Shown: in pieces, positions 13,715-22,721 of the stretch
Numbering within the stretch: position 1 is the stretch's first letter
How the letters are laid out: each line of letters opens with the position of its first letter
DNA from: Burkholderiales bacterium
GTDB lineage: Bacteria > Pseudomonadota > Gammaproteobacteria > Burkholderiales > Burkholderiaceae_C
Assembly (NCBI GenBank): GCA_947372225.1
Contig: CANBSV010000004.1
Location: 830-64,829, forward strand
Reading direction: 5' to 3'
DNA length: 64,000 nt
The notes under the pieces: generated by a model
The model's input: only the letters and a program-made list of their open reading frames with translations
What the model was told of the DNA's origin: nothing
Database searches by the model: none
Translations under genes and position numbers: made by a program

Positions 13715-14815
13715 ATGACCGCAGCCAAGAAGCCTTTCGTTCCCAAGCAGGTTGTTCTGGTACTCCAGGGCGGCGGCGCGCTCGGTGCGTACCAGGTGGG
13801 CGTCTACGAGGCGCTGCATGACTCGGGCATCGAGCCCGCCTGGGTCATCGGCACCTCGATCGGCGCCATCAACGCGGCGCTGATCGCCGGCAATTCAGTC
13901 GAACACCGCATGGCACGGCTGAATGAGTTCTGGCACCACGTCGAGCATCCAGCCACCATTGCCGGGCCGATGGACTGGCTGGGCATGGGCAACTGGGTGG
14001 CCAACATGAGCACCGTCATCCGCGGAATCCCGGCATTCTTCGAGCCCAATCTGGCGGCCCTGCGCGGCTCGCAGGCCCACGTGGGCGTCGAGTTGGCCGC
14101 CTACTACAGCACCGAGCCGCTGCGGCGGACGCTTGGCAGCCTGGTGGACTTTGACGGCCTGCACGACGGGCTCACGCGGCTGACCGTTGGCGCGGTCAAC
14201 GCATGCACTGGCGCCATGCGCTACTTTGACAGCCGCGACGAGAAGCTGCGGGTCGAGCATGTGATGGCCTCGGGCGCGCTGCCGCCAGCGTTTCCAGCGG
14301 TGCGCATCGATGGCGATCCTTACTGGGACGGCGGCATCTACTCCAACACGCCGATCGAGGCCGTGCTCGACGATCGACCACGCCGCGATTCGTTGATCTT
14401 TTCCGTCAACGTCTGGCACCAGAGCGCGCCGGAACCGGAGTCAATCTGGCAGGCGATGGGACGCCAGAAAGACATCCAGTTCGCCAGCCGTGCCGACAGC
14501 CACATCGCTCGCCAAAAGCAGCTCCACCGGCTTCGTCACGTGATCAGGGAACTGACGCAGCAGTTGCCCGCATCACGGCTATCCGACCCGACGGTCAAGG
14601 AACTGGCGGCCTGGGGTTGCGGCACCACGATGCATGTGGCCCACCTGCTGGCCCCGCGACTGGAAGGCGAGGACCACACCAAGGACATCGACTTCACGCC
14701 AGTGGGCATTCGGGCACGTCGCGAAGCCGGCTACGTCGACACCATGAAGATGGTCGAGCGCGCGCCCTGGCTCACACCGGCGGATCCGATCGAAGGCGTG
14801 GTCGAGCATGTGTAG
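13715..14815 (+). CDS. Patatin-like phospholipase (with DUF3734-like C-terminus)
   Basis: VLQGGGALGAYQVGV (oxyanion Gly-rich loop), GTSIGAINA (GxSxG) and DGG near the catalytic Asp (YWDGGIYSNTP). Confidence 0.85.
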   Translation: MTAAKKPFVPKQVVLVLQGGGALGAYQVGVYEALHDSGIEPAWVIGTSIGAINAALIAGNSVEHRMARLNEFWHHVEHPATIAGPMDWLGMGNWVANMSTVIRGIPAFFEPNLAALRGSQAHVGVELAAYYSTEPLRRTLGSLVDFDGLHDGLTRLTVGAVNACTGAMRYFDSRDEKLRVEHVMASGALPPAFPAVRIDGDPYWDGGIYSNTPIEAVLDDRPRRDSLIFSVNVWHQSAPEPESIWQAMGRQKDIQFASRADSHIARQKQLHRLRHVIRELTQQLPASRLSDPTVKELAAWGCGTTMHVAHLLAPRLEGEDHTKDIDFTPVGIRARREAGYVDTMKMVERAPWLTPADPIEGVVEHV

Positions 14816-14983
14816 GCCCGGGGCGATCGACATGGCAAGCATCAACGAGCAATCGGCATGACCGCGTTGTGGCTGCGGTGCAGCTGAACGTCGACGCAAC
14901 GGGTCCATGCGGCCACGCCGGTACGCGCGCCGGGCGCGAATTCTTCAGGCCATCCCTGGCCCCTTTTCAAATCAGGAGGATCC

Positions 14984-15349
14984 ATGACCGATCGCCGCAT
15001 CTTCGATATCGCGGAATTTCTCCTGTCTTCCGACGATGAACCCATTCGATCGATCGTTTACGAGTCGCCCCACGCCACGATCGTCGCCTGGACCGTGGGC
15101 CCCGGGCAGTGCATCGCGCTGCACACGCACCCTCATGGGCAAGACACCTGGACCGTGATCTCAGGTGAAGGCGAGTACCAAACCGACGATGCGGGCGGGG
15201 TCCAGTCCATTCATGCCGGCCAGGTGGTGGTCGCGGCGGCCGGACAACCGCACGGCGTGCTCAACTCAGGCACGTCAGCGCTGGTCTTTGTGTCGGTGGT
15301 TTGTCCGCTCGACGCCGGTTATCAGCCACTGCCAGTCCCGGCCCCATGA
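14984..15349 (+). CDS. Cupin-domain protein
   Basis: ALHTHPHGQDTWTVISGEG and GQPHGVLN cupin motifs. AGGAGG lies 5 nt upstream of the ATG. Confidence 0.75.
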   Translation: MTDRRIFDIAEFLLSSDDEPIRSIVYESPHATIVAWTVGPGQCIALHTHPHGQDTWTVISGEGEYQTDDAGGVQSIHAGQVVVAAAGQPHGVLNSGTSALVFVSVVCPLDAGYQPLPVPAP

Positions 15350-15449
15350 CCGCGCCTTCTCGGTCGTCCTCATTGCCGGGGTGACAGTCGCGGGCGGATA
15401 AAACCCCACCATCTGCTGTTCGCGCCATGAGATCCGGCGCGATGAGACC

Positions 15450-15641
15450 CTATGGCCGATCGTGTTGGCCCAGCTTCTTGATCGCCTCGCGTATGAAGTT
15501 GAACTGGTCGTTGACCTCGCGGCAGGTCTCGCAGATCACGAAGTGCAGCCGCAGTCGTGCGCGTTCCTTCGGTGGCAAATCGCGGTCGTGCCCGTCACTG
15601 ATGAGGCGCGACACCTCCTTGCAGTTCAGCTCGTTGCTCAT
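15450..15641 (-). CDS. Minimal soluble ZAS (zf-HC2) anti-sigma factor, 63 aa
   Basis: MSNELNCKEV...LRLHFVICETC contains the full C-x25-H-x3-C-x2-C motif, with no TM segment. The start overlaps the sigma-factor stop as ATGA. Confidence 0.8.
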   Translation of the reverse strand: MSNELNCKEVSRLISDGHDRDLPPKERARLRLHFVICETCREVNDQFNFIREAIKKLGQHDRP

Positions 15642-16195
15642 GCCTTGGCCTGGAACCAGCAGGTGTCCAGGCATTCACGCAACTGCATTCGGGCACGGTA
15701 GAGCATCACGCCACAGTTGTTCGACGTGATGTCCAGCTCGACACAAATGTCATCGACTTCCCTCTCCAGCCACTCACGCATCATGAAGATACGACCGAGC
15801 TTCGGAGGCAGGCGGTCCACGCAGGCTTGCAGGGTGTCGAAGAACTGGGTCTGCTCCAGGGCGCGCTCGGGGTGTTGCCATGCAGCTGGCGGCTCTTGCC
15901 AATGCCCGTCGCTGATGAACAAGGCCTCAATGGCTTCGTCCATGCTCTGGTCGTCCATCGGTTCGATATGGACCTCACGCCCTCGCGCTCGAAGGACGTC
16001 GATGATCTTGAACTTCAGGATGCCGGTGGCGTAGGTCCGCAGCGAACTGCGCCCTTCAAAGTTGTCGGGTTTCTCGAGGATGGCGAGAAAGGTTTCTGAC
16101 ACGACGTCTTCGGCAATCGAGTCGTTGCGCAGCTGCAGTTTGGCAAATCTCAGCAGCGGTTGATGCAACGCGGCCAATTCGGATTCGATCGACAT
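15638..16195 (-). CDS. ECF-type RNA polymerase sigma factor
   Basis: Sigma-2 region: DVVSETFLAILEK...LRTYATGILKFKIIDVLR. Sigma-4 region: LPPKLGRIFMMREWLEREVDDICVELDITSNNCGVMLYRARMQLR. Confidence 0.85.
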   Translation of the reverse strand: MSIESELAALHQPLLRFAKLQLRNDSIAEDVVSETFLAILEKPDNFEGRSSLRTYATGILKFKIIDVLRARGREVHIEPMDDQSMDEAIEALFISDGHWQEPPAAWQHPERALEQTQFFDTLQACVDRLPPKLGRIFMMREWLEREVDDICVELDITSNNCGVMLYRARMQLRECLDTCWFQAKA

Positions 16196-16342
16196 GGTGG
16201 TGGCGCCCCGGACCTGAGGGCAGTTCAGAATTTCTGATGCGAATCTATCCGACCCGAGTATGACGCGCAGTGGGCCTCGTAGGCCTTGCGGTGAATTCGA
16301 GTCGGCTGGATGTGTTCAGCGGCTACGCCGCACCGTCCCCCG

Positions 16343-16378
16343 AAGCAAAAAGGGTCAGCTCTGAGTGAACTGACCCTT
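16343..16378 (-). terminator. Rho-independent terminator immediately 3' of the tRNA-Phe fragment
   Basis: The minus strand reads aagggtcag-ttcactcagag-ctgaccctt, a 9-bp stem, followed by tttttgctt. Confidence 0.65.
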
Positions 16379-16387
16379 CGATGTTCA

Positions 16388-16437
16388 TGGTGGCCCCGGG
16401 GCCGAATCGAACCACCGACACGCGAATTTTCAACCGC
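16388..16437 (-). pseudogene. tRNA-Phe 3'-half fragment (anticodon loop to CCA); att-like duplicate
   Basis: It aligns to the 3' half of the intact tRNA-Phe at 19622-19697, at roughly 44 of 50 positions with one indel by my hand alignment. Orientation is the same. No D-arm or 5' acceptor strand lies upstream. Confidence 0.7.
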
Positions 16438-16587
16438 GCGGCGCGTGTGCTCAAAGAGCGCCGGCAGGCACTCGGAACGTGGCGGCACAAAGCACAAGCC
16501 GGCCACTGGGGCCGGTGAAACATGCCGCGCGTGAAAGGTCAGTCGAGCCGAACGACGCGACCTCACGACGCGCCTGCCTCGGCCCGA

Positions 16588-18297
16588 TCAGTCGTCGCCA
16601 GGGGGCAGGTCCGCCGCGAGTGCGGGCGGGTTGGCACGCGACGGCGTCTGCGCCGATGCCTGCAGGCGGTTGCTGCCGAAGGTGGTCTCGAAAGCCACGG
16701 CGAAGGTCTCGACATTGCTGACGCTGGCCACCGTATCGACATGCCACCACTCGCCCACCACGCGCTGCGGCGACACGTCCACCAGCATGTACCCGCGGCG
16801 GAACAGGTTGATGTACTTGAAGTGCGGATTGGCCGAGCGAAGTGCGCCCGCGATGGCGCCGGTGGTGTCGGAGTCGATGCCCGGAGAACTCACCGATGTG
16901 CCGACGAACTCGACCGCGCGCGAGCCCTGGCCGGTGACCGGGTCGTAGCCGCCTGCGGCCACCACGGGGTTGTTCGGGTCCTGGCTCAGGTCCGAGGCCC
17001 ACGAGCTGTGGATGTCGCCGGTCAGCACCACCACGTTGTTCACCGGCGCATTGACGGCGTCACCTTTGAGCACTTCGTAGACGCGGTCGCGGGCCGGCTG
17101 GTATCCGTCCCACTGATCGGAGTTCAGGAAGAGGCCGCCACCGTAGGCGTTGGGGTAGCCGTAGCCGGGCGCCTTCAGCTGCGCGAACATCACACCCTGG
17201 CCCAGGAACTTCCACTTCGCCGGGCTGGTGCGCAGGCGATTGAACAGCCAGGCTTCCTCTTCGGCACCCAGAAGCTGGCGCGTGGGGTCGGCGAAGGCGC
17301 CGGTCTGCGTGAACGCATTGCCGAACGGCGTGGGGATGCTGCCGTCAATTTGCTGCGAACGCGCGCCCAGGCGCTCCTCAAGCATGATCAGGTCGACCAG
17401 ATCGCCATAGGCATAGGCGCGGTTGTTCCTGCGCGGGTTGGTGGGGTCCACCTCGCGCACCGGCATCCACTCGTAGTAGGCCTGCAGCGCGGCGGTGACG
17501 CGAGCAGCCCAATCGCCCTCGGTGGCCGGCTGGTGGTTCTCGGCGCCGTTCTTCCAAGCATTGTTGGCGGTCTCGTGGTCGTCCCAGATGGCCACCAAAG
17601 GATGCTGGCGATGCATCGCCTGCGAATCGACGTCGCGCTTGTACTGCGCATGGCGCATGCGGTAGTCGGCCAGCGAGATCATCTCGGTGGCAGGCTCAGG
17701 CGTGCGCACTGCACCGTACTGGCCGGCGCCGTATTCATAGAGGTAGTCGCCCAGGTGCATCACCAGGTCGAGGTCGGCGCGCGCCGCGATGCGAGCGTAG
17801 GCATTGAAGTAGCCAGCCGCGTGGTTCGAGCAGCTCACCACCGCCATGCGCAGGCTCGAGGTCGGGCCTACCGGCAGGGTCTTGGTTCGACCGACCGGCG
17901 ACTTGGCATCCTCGACCGCGAAGCGGTAGTAGTAGGTCGTGCCCGGGCGCAGGCCCACCGGGTCGACCTTGACGGTGTAGTCACGCGACGCATCGGCGCG
18001 CGCCTCGCCGCGCGCCACGACGCGGCGCAGCTTTGGATCGGTGGCGACGACGTAGCGGACCTCGATCGACGGGCGTGGCTTGCGTGGGGTCACGCGGGTC
18101 CACAGGATGACGCGGTCGGACAGCGGATCGCCGCTGGCCACGCCATGCTGGAACGGGCTGGAGCCGGCAGCACCGATGTCCGCAACCGACAGCATCGGGG
18201 TCGAGGCCAGCGCCACGGCAGCCGAGCTCGTTCGCTTGAAGAAACCACGGCGGGTGGTGCCAGTGGTTACGGGTTTGACACGCAGGGGACGGCCCAT
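16588..18297 (-). CDS. phoD: PhoD-family alkaline phosphatase/phosphodiesterase with Tat signal
   Basis: The start is chosen at MGRPLRVKPVTTGTTRRGFFKRTSSAAVALA (twin-arginine motif), with GGAG 7 nt upstream. PhoD-like blocks: FQHGVASGDP, LGDYLYEY, WDDHE, VVLTGDIHSSWA. Confidence 0.85.
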   Translation of the reverse strand: MGRPLRVKPVTTGTTRRGFFKRTSSAAVALASTPMLSVADIGAAGSSPFQHGVASGDPLSDRVILWTRVTPRKPRPSIEVRYVVATDPKLRRVVARGEARADASRDYTVKVDPVGLRPGTTYYYRFAVEDAKSPVGRTKTLPVGPTSSLRMAVVSCSNHAAGYFNAYARIAARADLDLVMHLGDYLYEYGAGQYGAVRTPEPATEMISLADYRMRHAQYKRDVDSQAMHRQHPLVAIWDDHETANNAWKNGAENHQPATEGDWAARVTAALQAYYEWMPVREVDPTNPRRNNRAYAYGDLVDLIMLEERLGARSQQIDGSIPTPFGNAFTQTGAFADPTRQLLGAEEEAWLFNRLRTSPAKWKFLGQGVMFAQLKAPGYGYPNAYGGGLFLNSDQWDGYQPARDRVYEVLKGDAVNAPVNNVVVLTGDIHSSWASDLSQDPNNPVVAAGGYDPVTGQGSRAVEFVGTSVSSPGIDSDTTGAIAGALRSANPHFKYINLFRRGYMLVDVSPQRVVGEWWHVDTVASVSNVETFAVAFETTFGSNRLQASAQTPSRANPPALAADLPPGDD

Positions 18298-18946
18298 CTT
18301 TGAACTCCTGGATTGGTCGGCTCCGCACGCCGGAAGCCACAGCACCACCGCGCTTGCGATGGGGATCCTGCTCAGTCTGGCGGGTGCGTGTGACACGCTC
18401 AAGGCACCATGAACCGTCGCAGCAATGGTGGAGATTGCTTGGTTCAAGTCAGGCCGTCGCGGTGATGGCTTGACCGGCGAATTTCAGGCAGTCATGGCAA
18501 CCCATCTGGTGCCCGCTTGCGTCCCATGGCAGTCACCCCGCAGCAAGCCCGCATGCAGCGCGCCTTGTTCTGAGCTGAGAGCGACCGCGGAATACAACTC
18601 GCCCAGTGACCCGTCACCGACCGTTCAAGTCAGTGGTGGCGTGGTGATCACCAGCGGTGTAGGCGTATCCATCAACTGCACCGGAATTGATTCCGCTTGC
18701 GGCACTGTTGGTGCCGCCCAACCCGCCAAGATTTTTGACAATTGCGACGACGGCGTCTTGTCTGGCGACGTTACCTGCCGTGCAGGTGCATCCAGCAAGG
18801 CTGCCCTGCGGATCGACTTCTTCATGGGGCCTCCATCAAGATGCTGTGAACTCATGCCAGCGATGGTCGGTCTCTTGTGAGTCAGGCCGAAGTCGCTCCG
18901 CATGGCTCCTTGTGGCTACACACCATTGTTGGAAGCCTTGACCCCC

Positions 18947-18974
18947 AACAAAAAGCCGGCCACTGGGGCCGGCT
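18947..18974 (-). terminator. Rho-independent terminator after the PEP-CTERM ORF
   Basis: The minus strand reads agccggcc-ccagt-ggccggct followed by ttttgttggggg. Confidence 0.6.
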
Positions 18975-18998
18975 TTGCTGCGTCGATGAAATGACGGT

Positions 18999-19521
18999 TT
19001 ACTTCGCCTTGCGTCGGCGGGCAGTAGCCCCCACCACCGTCAGACCCGAAAGCATCAGGGCGGAGGTTTCGGGTTCGGGGATGGCTGCGGTCAGCGCGAC
19101 TTGAGCGATGGCGAGCGAATCGTCGGAGCCCGCCTCCGCGTTTGACACGCCAAGTGAATACGTCAATCTGTAGACGTGAGCGGGCAACAAGGTGTTTCGC
19201 AGGTTGCCCGAAAACGAAGCGGCTCGCATTCCCACAAGCCCGCCCAGTTGATATCGCGCTACTGCCTCATGGTTTTCTTGCCCGGACTCAAAGAGCGACA
19301 GTCCTGATGTCAGGTCGAAAAGCGACGGGCGAAGGTGGTTCTCGTTTGAGTAGACGCAGCACTGGGTATCCAAGCAGCCCGTCGCGAAGCGTGTCCGTCG
19401 TCTCGATTACAGAAAATATCCAAGCTCCACTTGCGCCGACTCCGGAAGGGCCAGCTCGCTCGATATTCGTCACATCGAGCAAAAAACCCGACGGGGTCAT
19501 GCTGTAGGTCTCGCCCTGCAT
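18999..19521 (-). pseudogene. PEP-CTERM sorting-signal protein, apparently frameshifted and lacking a signal peptide
   Basis: The C-terminus ...IPEPETSALMLSGLTVVGATARRRKAK is PEP, a TM helix and a basic tail. The upstream part continues in another frame (track ORF 19288..19521), and the 18999..19373 ORF begins at a TTG just after an in-frame TAA. Neither frame has an N-terminal signal peptide. Confidence 0.55.
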
Positions 19522-19571
19522 GAGTCGCCCGAAACTCCCCGGAGCCCCTACACAACCCCTACACGAACCCC

Positions 19572-19604
19572 AGAAACAACAAAGCCCAGTCTTGCGAACT
19601 GGGC
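19572..19604 (-). terminator. Rho-independent terminator 3' of tRNA-Phe
   Basis: The minus strand reads gcccagt-tcgcaag-actgggc followed by tttgttgtttctgg. Confidence 0.6.
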
Positions 19605-19621
19605 CTCGTCATTGATCCTCA

Positions 19622-19697
19622 TGGTGGCCTGGGGCGGAATCGAACCACCGACACGCGGATTTTCAATCCGCTGCTCTACCAACTGAGCTACCAGGCC
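19622..19697 (-). tRNA. tRNA-Phe (anticodon GAA)
   Basis: The reverse complement folds as a cloverleaf: GGCCTGG/TA/GCTC-AGTTGGTA-GAGC/A/GCGGA-TTGAAAA-TCCGC/GTGTC/GGTGG-TTCGATT-CCGCC/CCAGGCC/A/CCA. Positions 34-36 are GAA. Confidence 0.95.
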
Positions 19698-19727
19698 ACG
19701 AGAGGCGGGACTATACCAGCGGGCGGC

Positions 19728-20405
19728 TCACAAACCGCCTCGTTTGCTGCGCGACAGGTCCACACCGAGCTGCTTGAGCTTTCGATAGAGGTGGGTGCGC
19801 TCGAGGCCGGTCTTCTCTGCCACGCGGGTCATGCTGCCGCTTTCCTGGGCGAGGTGAAACTCGAAGTAGCTTTTCTCGAAAACGTCGCGCGCTTCGCGCA
19901 ACGGTCGGTTGAGGTCGAAGGTTTGTTCAGGCTGCGGGCCTACCGCCACGGCGGACTCCGGCATGAACGCAGCGAGTTCGGCGGAGGCCGCCAGATCGCA
20001 GCCGTTGCTCAGCGCGACCAGGCTCGGCGCCAGGCGCGGCGCGGGCCTCGCCAAACCTTGCGCCACGGCACTGAGCAGCTTTTGCAGGGTGATGGGTTTT
20101 TCAAGGAAGGCCACGGCGCCGTTGCGGGTGGCTTCGACGGCGGTGTCGATGGTCCCGTGGCCGCTCATCATGATCACGGGCATGGTGAGCAAGGCACTGG
20201 CGCCCCACTCCTTGAGCAACGTGACGCCGTCAACGTCGGGCATCCAGATGTCGAGCAACACCAGATCGGGGCGACCGCGCTCACGGGCAGCACGCGCCTG
20301 GCCCGCGTTCTCGGCCAATTCGACGGAGTGACCTTCGTCGGTCAGGATCTCACAGAGCAGGGCCCGGATACCGAGCTCATCATCAACAACAAGAATGGAA
20401 GCCAT
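19728..20405 (-). CDS. NtrX-like response regulator lacking the AAA+ sigma-54 activation domain (REC + Fis-type HTH)
   Basis: REC domain: ILVVDDE...DLVLLDIWMPDVDG...KP. C-terminal HTH: GSMTRVAEKTGLERTHLYRKLKQLG. At only 225 aa there is no room for a central ATPase domain. Confidence 0.85.
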   Translation of the reverse strand: MASILVVDDELGIRALLCEILTDEGHSVELAENAGQARAARERGRPDLVLLDIWMPDVDGVTLLKEWGASALLTMPVIMMSGHGTIDTAVEATRNGAVAFLEKPITLQKLLSAVAQGLARPAPRLAPSLVALSNGCDLAASAELAAFMPESAVAVGPQPEQTFDLNRPLREARDVFEKSYFEFHLAQESGSMTRVAEKTGLERTHLYRKLKQLGVDLSRSKRGGL

Positions 20406-20411
20406 GAGCCC

Positions 20412-22718
20412 TCAGTGAGCGGGCGCGGTGTCGGTGGGCGCTGCCACGGCATGCGCCTGGGTCTGCGCAAACTTCGAAAATGATAGCGAAACTTGCGCCC
20501 CCCGAACCACCGGTATTCCCTGCGCTTCTTCGCTGTCGGTCACGACCACGTTCATGAGGCGCGCACGGGCGCCATGTTCGTCAGCAATCTTCTTCACCAC
20601 GGCCAGTCCGAGCCCGGTGCCCTTGGCCTTGGTGGTGACGTACGGCTCGAATGCGCGCTTGAGCACCTTGTCCGGGAAACCGGGTCCGTTGTCGGCAACG
20701 TGCAGCCGCACCGACCGCATGGCGCCGGCCTCGTTGCGTGCCACCTCGGTCCTGACAGTCACCCGCGCCTTGCCGCGCGACTGATCGGTGACGGCGTCGA
20801 GCGCGTTTTGAACAAGGTTGTGGATGACCTGACGCAGTTGGGTCGCGTCACCCACTATCAGCGGCAGGTCGGCCGCCGGCGTGAACACCAAGGTGCCATC
20901 TTCCTGCGCGGTGGCATACAGCGTGAGGACCTCGCCCACGAGCACGTTGAGATCGAGCGGGCTCAGATGGGCTGCGGGCAGCCGTGCGTAATCGCGGAAC
21001 TCGTTGACCAGCGTCTTCATCGCCTGTACCTGCGTGACGATGGTGCCCACGGCGCGCACCAGCATGGCCTGATCGGCACCTTCAAGCTTGGACGCCAGCT
21101 TGTGCTCGAGCCGCTCGGCCGACAGCTGGATCGGCGTGAGCGGGTTCTTGATCTCATGGGCGAGCCGCCTCGCGACCTCGCTCCAGGCCTCGATGCGCTG
21201 TGCGGACACCACCTCGGTGATGTCGTCGAAGACCATCAGGTGGGCGCCTTGCGGCATGTCGGCTCCGCGCACCAACAGGTTCAGCGTGTCGAGGTTGGGG
21301 CCCGTTTGCAACTCGAAGGCATCTTGCCAGTGCCCACGCTCGCCGGAGTCCGGGCCATCGGCCTGCGACTCGAACCGATGCCACACCGCCGCGCCAAAGG
21401 ACTCGAGGCCTTCAACCTCTTCCAGCCGACGCCCCTGATAAGCCGACAGCGGCAACCGCACGATGCGCGTGGCGCCAGGGTTGACGGTGTCGATGCGCCC
21501 GTCACGGTCGAACACGATGACGCCGGCAGTCAGGTTGTCGAGGATGGTCTGCAGATTGGCGCGCGCGCCTTCGACCTGAGAGACGCTGCGCTGCACCAGC
21601 GCACGCGCCTCGGACAACTGCTCGGTCATGTCCGCGAAGGAGCGGGTCAAGCCGCCGAGTTCGTCGCGCGAATCGAAGACCCGCTTGACGCCCAGATCTC
21701 CCTTGGCCACCTGCCGCACGCCTTCGGCCAGCAAGAGCAGTGGCTGCGCGAGCTGGTTGGACAACGTCACCGCCAGCAACAAGGCGCCGAACACCGCAAG
21801 AATCAGCGTGAGGGTCAGCGTGCCGATGTACATCTTGCGCAGCCCCTCGCGGGCCAGCGAGCGCTGCTGGTATTCGCGGTACGCCGACTGAACGGCCATC
21901 GCGTGGGTGGCCAGCGACGCCGGCAGCAGCGTGGTGACCAGCAGGTAGCGCTCCTGGCGCGCGAGCGCAATGTCCGCGCTGGGCACCAGCGCGAGTGCGC
22001 GGATGCGAGCCGGTCCGCTGCCCATGGCTGGCGCGCCGGAGCCGTCGTCGTCCAGACCCTCGATCCGTGCGGCCACGCGCGAATGTCGGGCGTTGCTCAG
22101 CAAAGCGGGCGATGGTCTGTCGGGCTTTTGCAAGTCGGCCGAACGGGCCACCGACAAAAGCACCTGGCCGGCGCCATTGACGATGGCCAGATCGTTCGCC
22201 GCCAATTGCTCGCGCAAACGCTCGAGCGCGAGCGGCTGCACCTCGCCGCCTGAGTCGCCCAGCCGCTCGGCCGCCAGTTGGGCCTGGTGAGACACGTCGT
22301 TGAGTTGTGCGTCGAGCGTGCCGCGGCCCAGCGCCAGGCCCGCATCGAGCGCACCTTCGACCTTGACGTCGAACCAGCTCTCGATGCCGCGCGAGACGAA
22401 CTGGTAGCTCACCGCGTAGATGAGCACGCCGGGCAGCACGCCCACGAGTGCAAAGATGGCCGCCAGCTTGAGGAGCAGCCGCCCGCCGAACTTGCCTTGC
22501 TGAGCCCGAACCCACATGCGAACGGCCGCGATGCCGATCACCAGCACGAGCAGCACCGCCACCACGATGTTGAGCCAGAACAGCCACTCATAGTGGCGCT
22601 CGTAGAACGAGCGGTTGTTCGTGGTGATGGACAACAAGAACGTCAGCACCAGGCTGGCGCCGGTGACGACCACCAGCGAGATGATCCAGGCCCAGCGGTT
22701 GGCTTTGGTCATCGGCAC
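20412..22718 (-). CDS. NtrY-like membrane sensor histidine kinase (TM x4, HAMP, PAS, HisKA, HATPase_c)
   Basis: 768 aa. H-box AHEIKNPLTPIQLSAERL, N-box NLVQNALDA, G-boxes DNGPGF and GTGLGLAVV. Confidence 0.85.
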   Translation of the reverse strand: MPMTKANRWAWIISLVVVTGASLVLTFLLSITTNNRSFYERHYEWLFWLNIVVAVLLVLVIGIAAVRMWVRAQQGKFGGRLLLKLAAIFALVGVLPGVLIYAVSYQFVSRGIESWFDVKVEGALDAGLALGRGTLDAQLNDVSHQAQLAAERLGDSGGEVQPLALERLREQLAANDLAIVNGAGQVLLSVARSADLQKPDRPSPALLSNARHSRVAARIEGLDDDGSGAPAMGSGPARIRALALVPSADIALARQERYLLVTTLLPASLATHAMAVQSAYREYQQRSLAREGLRKMYIGTLTLTLILAVFGALLLAVTLSNQLAQPLLLLAEGVRQVAKGDLGVKRVFDSRDELGGLTRSFADMTEQLSEARALVQRSVSQVEGARANLQTILDNLTAGVIVFDRDGRIDTVNPGATRIVRLPLSAYQGRRLEEVEGLESFGAAVWHRFESQADGPDSGERGHWQDAFELQTGPNLDTLNLLVRGADMPQGAHLMVFDDITEVVSAQRIEAWSEVARRLAHEIKNPLTPIQLSAERLEHKLASKLEGADQAMLVRAVGTIVTQVQAMKTLVNEFRDYARLPAAHLSPLDLNVLVGEVLTLYATAQEDGTLVFTPAADLPLIVGDATQLRQVIHNLVQNALDAVTDQSRGKARVTVRTEVARNEAGAMRSVRLHVADNGPGFPDKVLKRAFEPYVTTKAKGTGLGLAVVKKIADEHGARARLMNVVVTDSEEAQGIPVVRGAQVSLSFSKFAQTQAHAVAAPTDTAPAH

Positions 22719-22721
22719 ATC

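Noticed and set aside
13715-14815. Patatin-like phospholipase as a possible CBASS-type or other defence effector.
   Set aside because: No cyclase, nucleotidyltransferase, E1/E2/JAB or other defence-associated gene is adjacent. The C-terminal region and the housekeeping-like context fit the common stand-alone bacterial patatin family.
18298-18450. Pho box upstream of phoD (GTGTCAC half-site); similarly CTTGTCAC upstream of psiF at 46902-47003.
   Set aside because: Only single half-sites were seen. No second 7-mer occurs at the 11-bp periodicity expected for PhoB boxes in either region.
18625-18825. A 66-codon minus-strand ORF (MKKSIRRAALLDAPARQ...DTPTPLVITTPPLT) with GGAGG 4 nt upstream of the ATG, in the otherwise ORF-poor stretch next to tRNA-Phe.
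   Set aside because: It has no signal peptide, TM segment or recognisable motif. Third-position G+C does not distinguish it from the overlapping alternative frames on either strand. I therefore cannot support it as a gene, and it is left as part of the unexplained 18448-18998 region.
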